Source: Octopus sinensis
Taxonomy: Eukaryota
Length of the DNA stretch: 64,000 nucleotides
Reading direction: 5' to 3'
NCBI RefSeq assembly: GCF_006345805.1
Contig: NC_043004.1
Location: 91,264,001 to 91,328,000 of the forward strand
A model generated the notes under the pieces. That model had not been told where the DNA came from and made no database searches. It saw nothing but the letters and a program-made list of their open reading frames with translations. A program made the position numbers and the translations under genes. Positions 12,102-23,786 of the stretch are shown here, piece by piece. How positions within the stretch are numbered: the stretch's first letter is position 1; each line of letters begins with the position of its first letter.

Positions 12102-12544
12102 CTAGAAAAAAGAATATTTACAAAGGAAGATTACAGTGAAATATAGTATAATGTATGATACATCATCATCATCATCATTTACATTCCCTTTTCTGTGCTT
12201 GCATAGATTAGATGGAATTTGTTGAGGTAGATTTTCATTGGCTGGATGCCCTTCCTGATGCCAACCCTCAGCTGTTTCCAAACAAGGTAATATTTCCTTA
12301 TAAGCCAGACATATTTTCGTGGAAGATTGGAAATGAACAACATTGCTTGTATGATTGTGGTGCTTGTTAGCACCCATCATGCAATATCAAGGCAAGGGTG
12401 TACACACACATGGGCATGTGCATACACACAGAGAATACATGACAAGAGAATGAAGTATGGAATAATTTACTTATAGCATTTTACAAGTATTTCAGTGATT
12501 ATAACATAAAATTATGTAAAATCATTTAACAAATATTTTTTTTA

Positions 12545-12950
12545 TGCACGGCATGTAAAAAGCACTCTTCGAGCATTGGGCAATATGCTGTGCTTGAGAA
12601 GAGCCATCCAGCCAAGTGAAATCATAGTCCGACAACTAACAACTGATGCCAGCAGTTTGTTCCATGCTTCAGCAACTCTTAGCGTGAAAAAATGTTTCCA
12701 AAAGTCATGGGAGCTATGCTGCTTTCTGACTTTGTAAACATGTCCACGGGTGTTAGACGGGTGGAGTTTGAAAAAGTGCTCAGAGTTATTGTTTGTAAGA
12801 TGGTTAATAATTTTATGGGTGTCTGCCAGACGTCAGCGTTTCAATGTATCCATGCCCAGGGAAGTAAGGCATTCAGAATATGGCAAATGCCTGATGGAGG
12901 GTATTCTCTTGGTTGCACGTTGCTGAACGGCTTCCAGAAGATTAACATTC
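12545..12950 (-). mobile_element. Older CR1-group LINE 3' fragment
   Basis: Minus frame reads INLLEAVQQRATKRIPSIRHLPYSE...HFFTLRVAEAWNKL. Confidence 0.75.
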
Positions 12951-13248
12951 TGTGATTTCTTCTGTGACTTCCCACCCCACATGTCCCCTCTTGTTCTGAT
13001 TAGACCATTCCAGTTTTCTCTGATGTGTATCCTTATCTATGCATACATTTGTATCATTATCTCTGTGTGTGTGTGCGTGTGAATACATGTGTGTATGTGT
13101 GTCTGGGTTTTGTATGTGCATTTTGTGTGTGTGTGTGTGTGTGTTTATGAGTTTGCTTACTATATTGTTTGTATCCATGCCCGATATTTAGGTTTTTGTT
13201 CTTTTTTTTTTATCATTATACCCTTATATCAAAAGTGAATGAACTCAC

Positions 13249-13309
13249 AGTGTTGTAATCTCCAAGTTCTCCTTGTAAATCTCTTATTTCTGCAGCCAGA
13301 GTTTCAGCT
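13249..13309 (-). CDS. IFT74: IFT74 exon (AETLAAEIRDLQGELGDYNT)
   Basis: Matches IFT74 [20 protein letters not shown]. ttgcag acceptor, gtgagt donor, 61 bp. Confidence 0.95.
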
Positions 13310-13834
13310 CTGCAACAAATATGAAAGAACATGATTTCTTCATTGATGTTTAGAGGACTGTGGTATACAGCATGGTAATGAATTATATAATATGACAATG
13401 TGTTATACAACATAGTATTGTAGTGTATAGATCATTCTGACTTTCTCTCTGCCCTTCTTTTGTCTGCAGTACTAAAGGATATTTCCCTTTGCATTATCCC
13501 ATGTCATTCTGTCTTGTGGTCGCACGGCTTTTTTTGTTGCATATGTATATTCTATTTTGTTGTGTTTATTTTTGTCATTGTCCTGAACATTAGTTAGCTA
13601 TTCCCAGTGGCTTTTCACCACTGGTGCCACCAATAGTGAACAATATCAACGTTAAAGGTGTGAAGTAGTAAAGTAGTAATGATCTTTTGGTCATTGACTG
13701 ATAAGGAATAAGCTACAAATTTTGTTTGTTATGTTCCGTTATAATAAAATCTGATAGGTTACTCTAAACTTTTACAGAATACAAATTTGTTATTCTTGTC
13801 ATTTAACACACACACACATATATATATATATATA

Positions 13835-14323
13835 CCGTAAAACCTTGAGTATAGTCCACCCTTGAGTATAATACGCAGGGGATTTTTAGGGGGCTGTAAC
13901 TCTGAAAAACCTAAACCTTGTGTATATAAATGCACCCCTTCTCTAACTTGAGTCAAGGAGGTCTATATAACATCCTTTATTATTATTGTATATATATAAC
14001 ATAATGCAAACGTGTAGCTTTTTTGTGCATTTTGTTTGCAGAAAATAAAGAAATAACAGTAATAACAGTAATAATGTTTAATAAATGTTGCTTACTACTA
14101 TGGATGATTCTTTTATGACTTCATTGCTTTCAGGCTTAGCTTAAGGCATTTTCGCGCCCGACATCACAAAATGCGTTTGAATAAACATTGCCGGACAGCA
14201 AATAGAGACTCGGATATTGCTTAGAAAATATTTTTCATTTTTAACCTTGTATATAGTACGCACTGGGGATTTTGACCTTTAAATTTTGGGAAAAAAAGGC
14301 GGATTATACTCGAGGATTTACAG
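13835..14323. mobile_element. Tc1/mariner-pogo-type MITE
   Basis: TIRs CCGTAAAACCTTGAGTATAGTCC / revcomp CTGTAAATCCTCGAGTATAATCC, flanked by TA. Confidence 0.75.
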
Positions 14324-15344
14324 TATGGGTGCTGATGGTAGATGGCTGTGAGCGCTATGAATATGGTAATGAAAATCAAACTGAAGCATGGAAGCAATTG
14401 ATGAAAAAGGCACATAGACATGGAAATTTTCACATCAGCCTTGGAATTGAAAGTCTTTGAACTGTCAACATGCAGCAACGATGCTGATTCTCATCTCCAT
14501 TGCTGAGGAAAGGATTGCCAGGTTTATTTGTTCCTTTCCATTTATCATATCCGTCTGCCATTTCAGTTTCCTTTTTCATTTTTTCGTTTGTCTGTGTGTG
14601 TGTGTAAAAATATACATACAGGAGTGGCTGTGTGGTAAGTAGCTTGCTAACCAACCACATGGTTCCGGGTTCAGTCCCACTGCGTGGCATCTTGGGCAAG
14701 TGTCTTCTGCTATAGCCTCGGGCCGACCAAAGACTTGTGAGTGGATTTGGTAAACGGAAACTGAAAGAAGCCCGTCATATATATGTATGCGTGTGTGTAT
14801 TTGTCCCCCCAGCATTGCTTGACAACCGATGCTGGTGTGTTTACGTCCCCGTCACTTAGCGGTTCGGCAAAAGAGACCGATAGAATAAGTACTGGGCTTA
14901 CAAAGAATAAGTCCCGGGGTCGATTTGCTCGACTAAAGGTGGTGCTCCAGCATGGCCGCAGTCAAATGACTGAAACAAGTAAAAGAGAGTATACATACAT
15001 GTGTGTGTGTGTGTGTGTATGAGGATGCATGGCCCAATGTTTAGGGCGTTGCACTCACAATCGCGAGATCATGGTTTCAATTCCTAGACCAGGTGGTGTG
15101 TTGTGTTCTTGAGTAAAACACTTCATACCATGTTACTCTGCAATCACTTCAACACCTGACGCATGGTACACTGTACACCTGTTCAGGTAACATCAATTTG
15201 ATTGAGGGAGTGAGCTAATGTACAGCACGTACACTTGATCACCATAAACAAAATCATTTGTGCAGGTAGTTCGGCAAAAGCTGAAACACACATGTCATTT
15301 TTGATGAGAGAGTCTGTCATATATATATATATATATATCATCAT

Positions 15345-15920
15345 CATCATTGTTTAATGTCCGCTTTCCATGCTAGCGTGGGTTGGGTGATTTGACTGAG
15401 GACTGGAAAACCAGATGGCTGCACCAGGCTTCAATCCTGATCTGGCAGAGTTTCTACAGCTGGATGCCCTTCCTAACGCCAACCACTCTGAGAGTGTAGT
15501 GGGTCCTTTTTATGCATCCCCCAGCACGGGGGCCAGTCAAGCAGCACTGGCATTAGCCATGGCATTGATTTTGCTTGACTCAACAGGTCTTCTCAATCAC
15601 AGTATATTGCCCGACGATTGAAGGGTACTCTTAAAAGGGTCAGTTATGTGACTCTGGCACTGCCCACACCTATGATCTCACTTGGTTTAACGGGTCTTCT
15701 CAAGCACAGCATATCTCCAAAGGTCTTGGTCACTTGTCATTGCCTCTGTGAGACCCAACATTCGAAGATCATGCTTTACTACCTAATCCCAGGTCTTCCT
15801 GGGTTTGCCTCTTCCACAGGTTCCCTCCACTGTTGGGGTGTGACACTTCTTCACACAGCTGTCCTCATCCATATGCAACACATGATCATACCAGTGCAGT
15901 CGTTTCCCTTGCACACCGTG
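15345..15920 (-). mobile_element. RTE LINE 3' end with 3' region and (GAT)n tail
   Basis: Similar to 458-700 (RLHWYDHVLHMDED...CHTPTVEGTCGRGKPRKTW), followed by GGCGTTAGGAAGGGCATCCAGC and ...GGACATTAAACAATGATGATG. Related 3' pieces at 17735, 19110, 34330, 34790, 37025, 38030, 45050, 47555, 61300 and 63770. Confidence 0.75.
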
Positions 15921-15950
15921 TGTATATATATATGTATGCGTGTGTGTGTG

Positions 15951-16002
<52 letters not shown>

Positions 16003-16068
16003 GAGGAGAGAATAAAAAATATTGTATTTTAAACAATCAGCTAAGAAAGGATTCTGCAAAACAACTAC

Positions 16069-16167
16069 CTTTTCTCATAGGACAGATAACTGGAATTCTC
16101 TTCATTGATGACCTCGACTTCTTTTTTTAGCTTAGAAATCTCAGCAGACAACTCATTATTCTTTGCC
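16069..16167 (-). CDS. IFT74: IFT74 exon (AKNNELSAEISKLKKEVEVINEENSSYLSYEKR)
   Basis: Matches IFT74 ...NQENSVYLSYEKR. gttttag acceptor, gtagtt donor, 99 bp, phase 2->2. Confidence 0.95.
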
Positions 16168-16266
16168 CTAAAACAGACAAAATTTCTCATTTGAATATTA
16201 TGGTATTACAATCAGTGCAAAACACAAAGTGAGAGAAGATGCTGAATAAATAAAAAAAAATAATAA

Positions 16267-16792
16267 AAACTAGAAAAGTACTCAGAGAGTCGCCAAGCAG
16301 CTCATTTCCATCCATATACACGCATGCTGAAAATCGCCCAATTTCCCAAAGCAACGCTGGCAAAAACATAACTTCCTTGGCGGGGGTAAAAAAAAAACAA
16401 AGGGATCATCTGAAGCAGTTATAATACATCAATGACAACAGCAAGTTCTGCAGACCTCCGCCAAGCAGCTCATTTTAAGATAGATACGCGAGTAAAATTA
16501 CTAGCAGAGAAATGAAAATAAACTTTGGAAATAGCAACAAGTTTTCAAGGGAGATAATCAAAGAATGTAACAATGCTTCATGTAAAGTAAATATAACAAA
16601 TGAAAAATCCTTCAAGAATCCATAAAAATTCCTGGATCACTACCAAAATTTCATCATCTGTTCCTTGTGTCATTACTAACTTTCCCTGCAAGTTTCATCA
16701 AATACTGTTCACAACTTTTTGAGTTATTTTGCACACAGACAGACAAACCAATGCTGATGAAAATATAACCTCCTTCCTTGGCAGAGGGAACA
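16267..16792 (+). mobile_element. Helentron/DINE-like non-autonomous remnants
   Basis: ACTAGAAAAGTACTCAG start, AAGTTTCATCAAA...GTTATTTTGCACACAGACAGACAAAC, ends AACATAACTTCCTTGGCGGGGGTAA and ATAACCTCCTTCCTTGGCAGAGGGAA. Confidence 0.55.
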
Positions 16793-17339
16793 AATAAATA
16801 AATAAAAAATTTTTTAAAGCAGGGAAAGATGTCTGGAATATAAATTGATCCCCAACTGAAAAAGTATTTTGGTATTTTCTCAGTCATCAACAAGACATCA
16901 TTCACATAAATTATTTCAAAAGTGTTGTAGACCAATTTTGTTAAAATATTTCGTGCCTATTTTTTGACGGACACAGTATTGAAAATATTTTTGTGTCTTT
17001 TATTTACATAAATATTGGATCACAATTTAATTACAAGGAAACAACGAAGAAGAAAAACAGGGAGGGATTAAGTAGCTGGGGTAACGAGTAACAGATCGTA
17101 TACCTATTTCTTTATTGCCCACAAGGGGCTAAACATAGAGGGGACAAACAAGGACAGACATAGGTATTAAGTCGATTATATCGACCCCAGTGTGTAACTG
17201 GTACTTAATTTATCGACCCTGAAAGGATGAAAGGCAAAGTCGACCTTAGCGGAATTTGAACTCACAACGTAACGACAGACGAAATACCGCAAAACATTTC
17301 GCCGGCGTGCTAACGTTTCTGCCAACTTGCCGTATACCC

Positions 17340-17690
17340 CAGAACAAATTGCCTGGTTAGCTGCACCCTGCAGGCATGACTGCAACAGTGTTGCTATGGA
17401 GAATAGCTAGTGACACTCACTGCAGCAACCACCCCCACCTCATGTGGCTCATTTCTCAGATAAGCTGCAGTTATCTCAATTTTGTGGAGGAAATCAACAC
17501 TGCTTGAGGTTTTGACAGGTACAAACAGATAGCGGCCAGTCAGACTCCTATAACCATATATTTTTGCTTCCTCTCCATAACAGGTGGTGATACCCAGGTT
17601 TGCAGATGTTGCAACTAGGTTGGAGCTGGAGAATGTATTGCAGCACATGTTCCGGGTTAGGGATCTGTCTCCCTAGTCTTTGTTATTATT
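17340..17690 (-). mobile_element. CRE/NeSL-like (RLE-encoding) non-LTR retrotransposon C-terminal remnant
   Basis: Minus frame YRSLTGRYLFVPVKTSS...AILHSNTVAV resembles the RLE C-terminal motif YxFVPIAxET...AIQRGNA. Confidence 0.5.
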
Positions 17691-20577
17691 ATCATTATTA
17701 TTATTATTATTATTATTATTCAGCGTTGCCCTAACGGGCCTCCGTGCCGGTGGCACATGAAAAGCACCATCCGATCGTGGCCGTTGCCAGCCTCGCCTGG
17801 CCCCCCTGCCGGTGGCACGTAAAAAGCACCATCTGATCGTGGCCGTTGCCAGCCTCGCCTGGCCTCCGTGCCGGTGGCATGTGAAAAGCATGCACTACAC
17901 TCACGGAGTGGTTGGCGTTAGGAAGGGCATCCAGCCATAGAAACATTGTCAGATCAGACTGGGCCTGGCGCAGCCTTCTGGCTTCCCAGACCCCAGTTGA
18001 ACCGTCCAACCCATGCTAGCATGGAAAGCGGATGCTAAATGATGATGATGATGATGATTGTTGAGGTGGCAAGCTGGCAGAATTATTAGCATGCTTGGCT
18101 AGATGCTTAGTGACATTTCATCCATCTCTAACTTCTGAGTTCAAATTCCACTGAGATCGACTTTGCCTTTCATTTTTCTGGGGTTGATAAATTAAGTACC
18201 AGTCAAGTACTGGGGGTTGATGTGATCGACTTAACCTCTCCCCACAAATTTCAGGCCTTGTGTCAATAGCAGAAAGGATTATTATTATTGAGTGAGAGAG
18301 CAGTGTATGCCATCAAAGTGACACTGAGGTGCAAATGTATGACGTCCAATATACCTATCATGACTACCTATCTGATAAGGATACACCAGGCACATGCATC
18401 ACAACTGTATGTGCGCAACATGGTGATCTCATATCAAGATAAACAATGCATGACCTTGTAGGTAGGGCCCAGTTAGAATTTTCAAGTCAAGCAGCCCATC
18501 CCATTCAAAAGGTACTGAATAAGGTTTGCTTAAGGATATTGAAAGAACCACCTATGTTTCCAGAGGTGAATTATTCAAGTTCCAAAGAATTCTTCTCAGC
18601 ACATGGTTGTGGTGCTCCCCCACTACTCCTGCTTGTGATCAGAGATGCACATATCATCAGTCACAAAGGGACATGCCCAATTGGTTAAGGTCAAACAACT
18701 GACAAACAAATCTGTGGTATTGAGCAAAATATTTGCTGTAGCCTATCTTTTTATACCAAGACAAAACATGTACATGATAGTACTTCCACTCAGATAATTC
18801 CAGAAGCCATGACAGCCACTGCGAGGTACTGCATCAGGACATTTATCATTATCATTATTATTATTTCAATTACATTTCTAATACATATAATATTATTTCT
18901 ATTTTGCTGTTTTCTAGTGCATTATGCACATACATTTTTGGGCAATTGTTGTTTTAATTCTTTACTTGACTTATTACTATTCAGTCTCCTCCTTTATCTT
19001 TTTCCTATAAACTGTAGTGCACCTGAACACTGTATATAACAAAATCATTATAATCATCGTTATTATTATTAAGGCAAAGGCAGTGAGCTGGCAGAATTAT
19101 TAGCATCATCATCATCATCATCGTTTAACGTCCGTTTTCCGTGCTAGCACAGGTTGGACGGTTCGACTAGGGTCTGGGAAGCGAGGAGGCTGCACCAGGC
19201 TCCAGTCTGATCTGGCAGTGTTTCTACAGCTGGATGCCCTTCCTAACGCCAACCACTCCATGAGTGTAATGGGTGCTTTTTACGTGCTACTGGCACAGGT
19301 GTCAGGGGAGTCTGGTAGCTTTCTAAAATAAAATTATCATTTATAATTCAGGTGGTGAATTGGCAGCTACTAGAATGTCAGAGAGAATGCTTCTCGCTAC
19401 TTGCCCTGACCCACCCCGCTCCAAGTTCAAATCCTGCCAGCATCAACTTTGCCTTTCATTCTTTTGGGGTTGCTAAAAAAGTACCAAGCTAAGACAGTGG
19501 ATTCGCAGGAATGTAAGAACATCAGACAGGATGGCTTGTGGTATTTGTTCCAGCTCGTCGGACAAAATGCTCAGTGGCATTTTTTTTCTGGCTTTACATT
19601 CTGAATTCAAATTCTGTCAGGGTTGTCTTTGCCTTTCATCCTTTTGGGGTCAATAAAATAAGTACCAGTTGAACACTGGGGTTGATGTAACTGATGAGAC
19701 CCCTTTGCTAAAATTTTAAGCTTTTTGTGCCAATAGTAGAAAGAGTTAATATTATTATTATTATTCATCAAATTTTGCTGTGGTTGACATTGCCTTTCAT
19801 CCTTTTGGGGTTGATAAAATAAATACCAGTTGAACACTGGGGTCGATGTAATCGACTCATCCCCTCCTACAAAATTGCTGCTCTTGTGGCAAAATTCAAA
19901 ATCATTATTATTATATTATATACTATTCCATACCAAAGCATTTTATTATTTCCAACTTAGGCAAAGACATTCTATTTCAGTATTCAAAACATATTCTTGA
20001 CCATATTACTCATCAAACAAGTAAAAAGTTAAAACATTAAAGTTTGTCTCAAATCGAAAGGTCCATTAGGCTGGAGTTTATCCTGGTTTCTGTGGTGTTT
20101 AAGCAACGGAGAGTACAAGACTAACCTCTGAACAAGATGCTAGTTCATTACAAGGCTACCCCAACTCCAGATGTTGCTGAAGCTAATTCTCAGTAGAGTG
20201 GTCTGTAGAAACTTGAAGTGAAGTGCCTTGCTCAAGAATATAATGCGCTACTGTGGCCAAATGAACATAATTCAAACACCCAAATATCCTGTGCCACAAG
20301 CCTTCACAGTTTAGAACTATTCCAAACCAACGTTGGTTAAAATAAATTTTCTTATTCTTTTATTATTATCATCAATGTCTTTTTTTTATATCACAACATG
20401 GTAGAGTCATGATAGCTTTTCCACACGTGTGCAGGATGTCCTTTTTGAACCTTATTTCTAATGTCTATCTCTCAAATAATTTTGAAAACGATCAATAATT
20501 TGGAAAGCCTAAAATAATATTCACTAACTTCAATGGCAATCTTATGTTCTAATGTAAGGGACATAACTTCGCTCACC

Positions 20578-20774
20578 TTAATCCTTTAGCATTCAGATTT
20601 CTGTCAAATGTAATCTTTATTTATTCGTATTGTTTTGATTTAATCATACTTTATCTCGTAGTTTCGATGATGTGATTGTTTATTTTAAGAACGGACAGTG
20701 TAGGGTATGTGCGGGAAGATGAACACGTGGGTTATTTGGGTTAGATATCGCGAGTTTAAAAGCTAAAGTGTTAA
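20578..20774. mobile_element. piggyBac-like MITE (second copy at 44452-44676)
   Basis: TTAA-(C/T)CCTTTAGCATT ... GCTAAAG(G/T)G-TTAA termini. Confidence 0.65.
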
Positions 20775-21209
20775 TCCAATACATCTATTTCTTTACTACT
20801 CAAGGGGCTAAACACAGAAGGGACAAACAAGGACAGACAAACGGATTAAGTCGATTACATCGATCCACAGTGCATAACTGGTACTTAATTTATCGACCCC
20901 GAAAGGATGAAAGGCAAAGTCGACCTCGGCAGAATTTGAACTCAGAACGTAGCGGCAGACGAAATACCGGTAAGCATTTCGCCCAGGCGTGCTAACGTTT
21001 CTGCCAGCTCACCGCCTTCCAATACAACTGCCCAGACAATGGCTAAGGTGATACTTTGTGATACATCTGATTCTGCTTCTCTTTATAAGATCGTCCATCT
21101 TTTAAGAGAAACTTATTCAACGACAACAACAACAACAGCAGCAACGACTACAACAATAACAACAACAACAACAGCTTGTTTTAGTGTGAAACTAGAATAG
21201 TTTTCTCAC

Positions 21210-21258
21210 CTTATTAACCCAAGATAATAGGTTCGATCCTGCACCTGTCTCTGTGGAC
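21210..21258 (-). CDS. IFT74: IFT74 exon (GPQRQVQDRTYYLGLIR)
   Basis: Matches IFT74 GPQRQILDKSYYLGLLR. cctttag acceptor, gtgaga donor, 49 bp, phase 1->2. Confidence 0.95.
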
Positions 21259-22353
21259 CTAAAGGTTGACAAAACAGAAGAGTATATATTTCGTCAGTTC
21301 ATTCCTACATGTGACCATGCTTCCATGGATTAAAAACATTATTAGCGCCTGTTTAGGCATAACAATTCCTGGTTCAAATACATTTCCTAATCAGATACCG
21401 AAAGATGATCAGAGATGAAACTGATTGAAATCTAAGGTTACCATTATTATTGTCTTAATATCCATTTTCCCTCACTTGTTTGTGTCAGACGAAATTTGAT
21501 GAGATAATTTTCATTTCTTTCCCCAATTTATTATAAACCTTTTAAAAATTATTTGAATTATCATAAAATTTATTTTTATCATTGAATTTTTTGCCCTTTT
21601 TTTTTTAAGGCTCAGTTCTTCCTCTATCATTTTTGAAATTTGAATAAATTTTACCTCTTTTCAGACATGTGGTGATGGAGTGCCATGTAGAAGAAAAAAA
21701 AAATGAATGGATTTATCTGACAACACAGTTATATTTCCCAGAAGATTATAATTATGAATGCAATGATGATGGCAACAACAATAATGAATGAAAAGTGGGA
21801 GAACAAAGACCAGGAGTGGCTGTGTGGTAAGTAGCTTGCTAACCAACCACATGGTTCCGGGTTCAGTCCCACTGCATGGCATCTTGGGCAAGTGTCTTCT
21901 GCTATAGCCCCGGGCCGACCAATGCCTTGTGAGTGGATTTGGTAGACGGAAACTGAAAGAAGCCTGTCGTATATATGTATATATATATATGTGTGTGTGT
22001 GTTTGTGTGTCCGTGTTTGTTCCCCTAGCATTGCTTGACAACCGATGCTGGTGTGTTTATGTCCCTGTTACTTAGCGGTTCGGCAAAAGAGACCAATTAG
22101 AATAAGTACTAGGCTTACAAAGAATAAGTCCCGGAGTCGATTTGCTCGACTAAAGGCGGTGCTCCGGCATGGCCACAGTCAAATGACTGAAACAAGTAAA
22201 AGAGTAAAGAGGAAAGAAAATGCTAAGAGGAAAAAAAATACAAAACCCTTAATACAATTGGTGGAATACTTTTAGAAGGTTTTCAATTTTGTCACCACTC
22301 CTTTGTCAGTGAGTCGAGCTTTAGTGAATAAGTTGACAATTTGTAATACTTAC

Positions 22354-22431
22354 CTCTAAAGCCAGTTTTCATGGTCCCTAATCCTTGCTGAGTGGTTGGT
22401 CGGTCAACAACTGTCAGTTGAGCATTGAGAG
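22354..22431 (-). CDS. IFT74: IFT74 exon (ALNAQLTVVDRPTTQQGLGTMKTGFRG)
   Basis: Matches the conserved IFT74 motif (human [24 protein letters not shown], recalled). tag acceptor, gtaagt donor, 78 bp, phase 1->1. Confidence 0.93.
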
Positions 22432-22910
22432 CTATTCAATAGAGAGACAGACCAATGAGACAGACAGACAGATAGATAGATAGATGAGAGAGAGAGAGAG
22501 GCACTGTCACTGTTATACCAGTAATGATTTCTAATAGATATAGCTATGAAGCCATAATAGTTAGTAGGTGGAAGGTACAGCTGATTATAATTGTTCCTTT
22601 AAGGCGGGGAGCTGGCAGAAACGTTAGCACACTGGGCGAAATGTTTACCGGTATTTCATTTGCCGTTACGTTCTGAGTTCAAATTCTGCCGAGGTCGACT
22701 TTGCCTTTCATCCTTTTGGGGTCAATTAAATAAGTACCAGTTATATTGTTCCTTTGTATTTGATTGGCACTTATTTTACCAACCTAGAAGGATGTCAGGA
22801 CAAAGTTCAACTTGGCAGGATTTGGACTCAGAATGTAATGGACCGTAACTTAACACGGTATAGTATTTGTCTGCTTCTTTTAAAATTATGCCATCAAACT
22901 GCGTTTAATA

Positions 22911-22965
<55 letters not shown>

Positions 22966-22968
<3 letters not shown>

Positions 22969-23786
22969 TTCGGTTGTTTATTGGCCACAAGGGCTGACAA
23001 AAATCAATTAAAACATAAAGGGACAAAACACAGGACGAAAGTTACAAAGGGTTTTGCCCGTTTGAAAAGTCCGTGTACAAAAGCAGGATGACAACGAAAT
23101 ATAAGTAACAATTAAAACTCTCAATAGGGGGAGGCGCTTCGAAAGGTTACTCGTGGAAAAACCTATAAAAGCCACGGGAGCCTGATCAAAAGTGGGGTAG
23201 AGAGCCCCATTCTCCTTTTATATTTCCTTTTAATTTTCACAGGTGTATCCTCAGAATTGGTCCGTTCATACTGGCCATTCTTGCGACATTCACCCACTTT
23301 TCAATAAACTTGCTACCAGACATCACTTCCCTCTCTACTCTCATCTTCCTTTTCAAGTGAAACTTGAAAAAGTTGATGAGGCCTTGGCCAAAGAGGAAAG
23401 TGTCTGACCTTAGCCCTTTCAAACAGGTCCACCATATCACCTCTTTCGCTACAGCCACTAGGCAAACGAAAACTGCCTTGCCTTCCCAGTTAAAGGAGGT
23501 CGGTGGGGCAATCCTCACTATGGATTCAGCTGATAGCCGGATCCTTCCTATACGCGACAGTAGCTGTTCGACATAAACCCATAGTTCAGCAATACTCGGG
23601 CACTGGACGAGTGCATGCAGAACGGTTTCGTCGTCCTGGGCGCACCTCAGGCAGGCCCGTCTGACGGCACTTCCGTGCCAGTAGAGTTTATCCCAAACAG
23701 GCAGAGCCCCTCGGTAGCACTGCCAGGTGAGAGACCTTTGGAAATTATCCATTGGCCCCAGCCCGGAATTTCTCTCGAACAGACTG
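22966..23786 (-). mobile_element. Tx1/L1-group LINE 3' end (zf-RVT-type C-terminus plus 3'UTR)
   Basis: ORF 23237-23752: CLRCAQDDETVLHALVQCP...LW...IW (CxxC-ET..H..C motif). Bounded by (AAT)n on both sides. Confidence 0.8.

Noticed and set aside
17770-17890. HDV-like ribozyme resemblance of GCCAGCCTCGCCTGGC...CGTGCCGG
   Set aside because: No P4 or J4/2 catalytic strand, and P1 cannot be placed next to P3. Two local hairpins explain the sequence.
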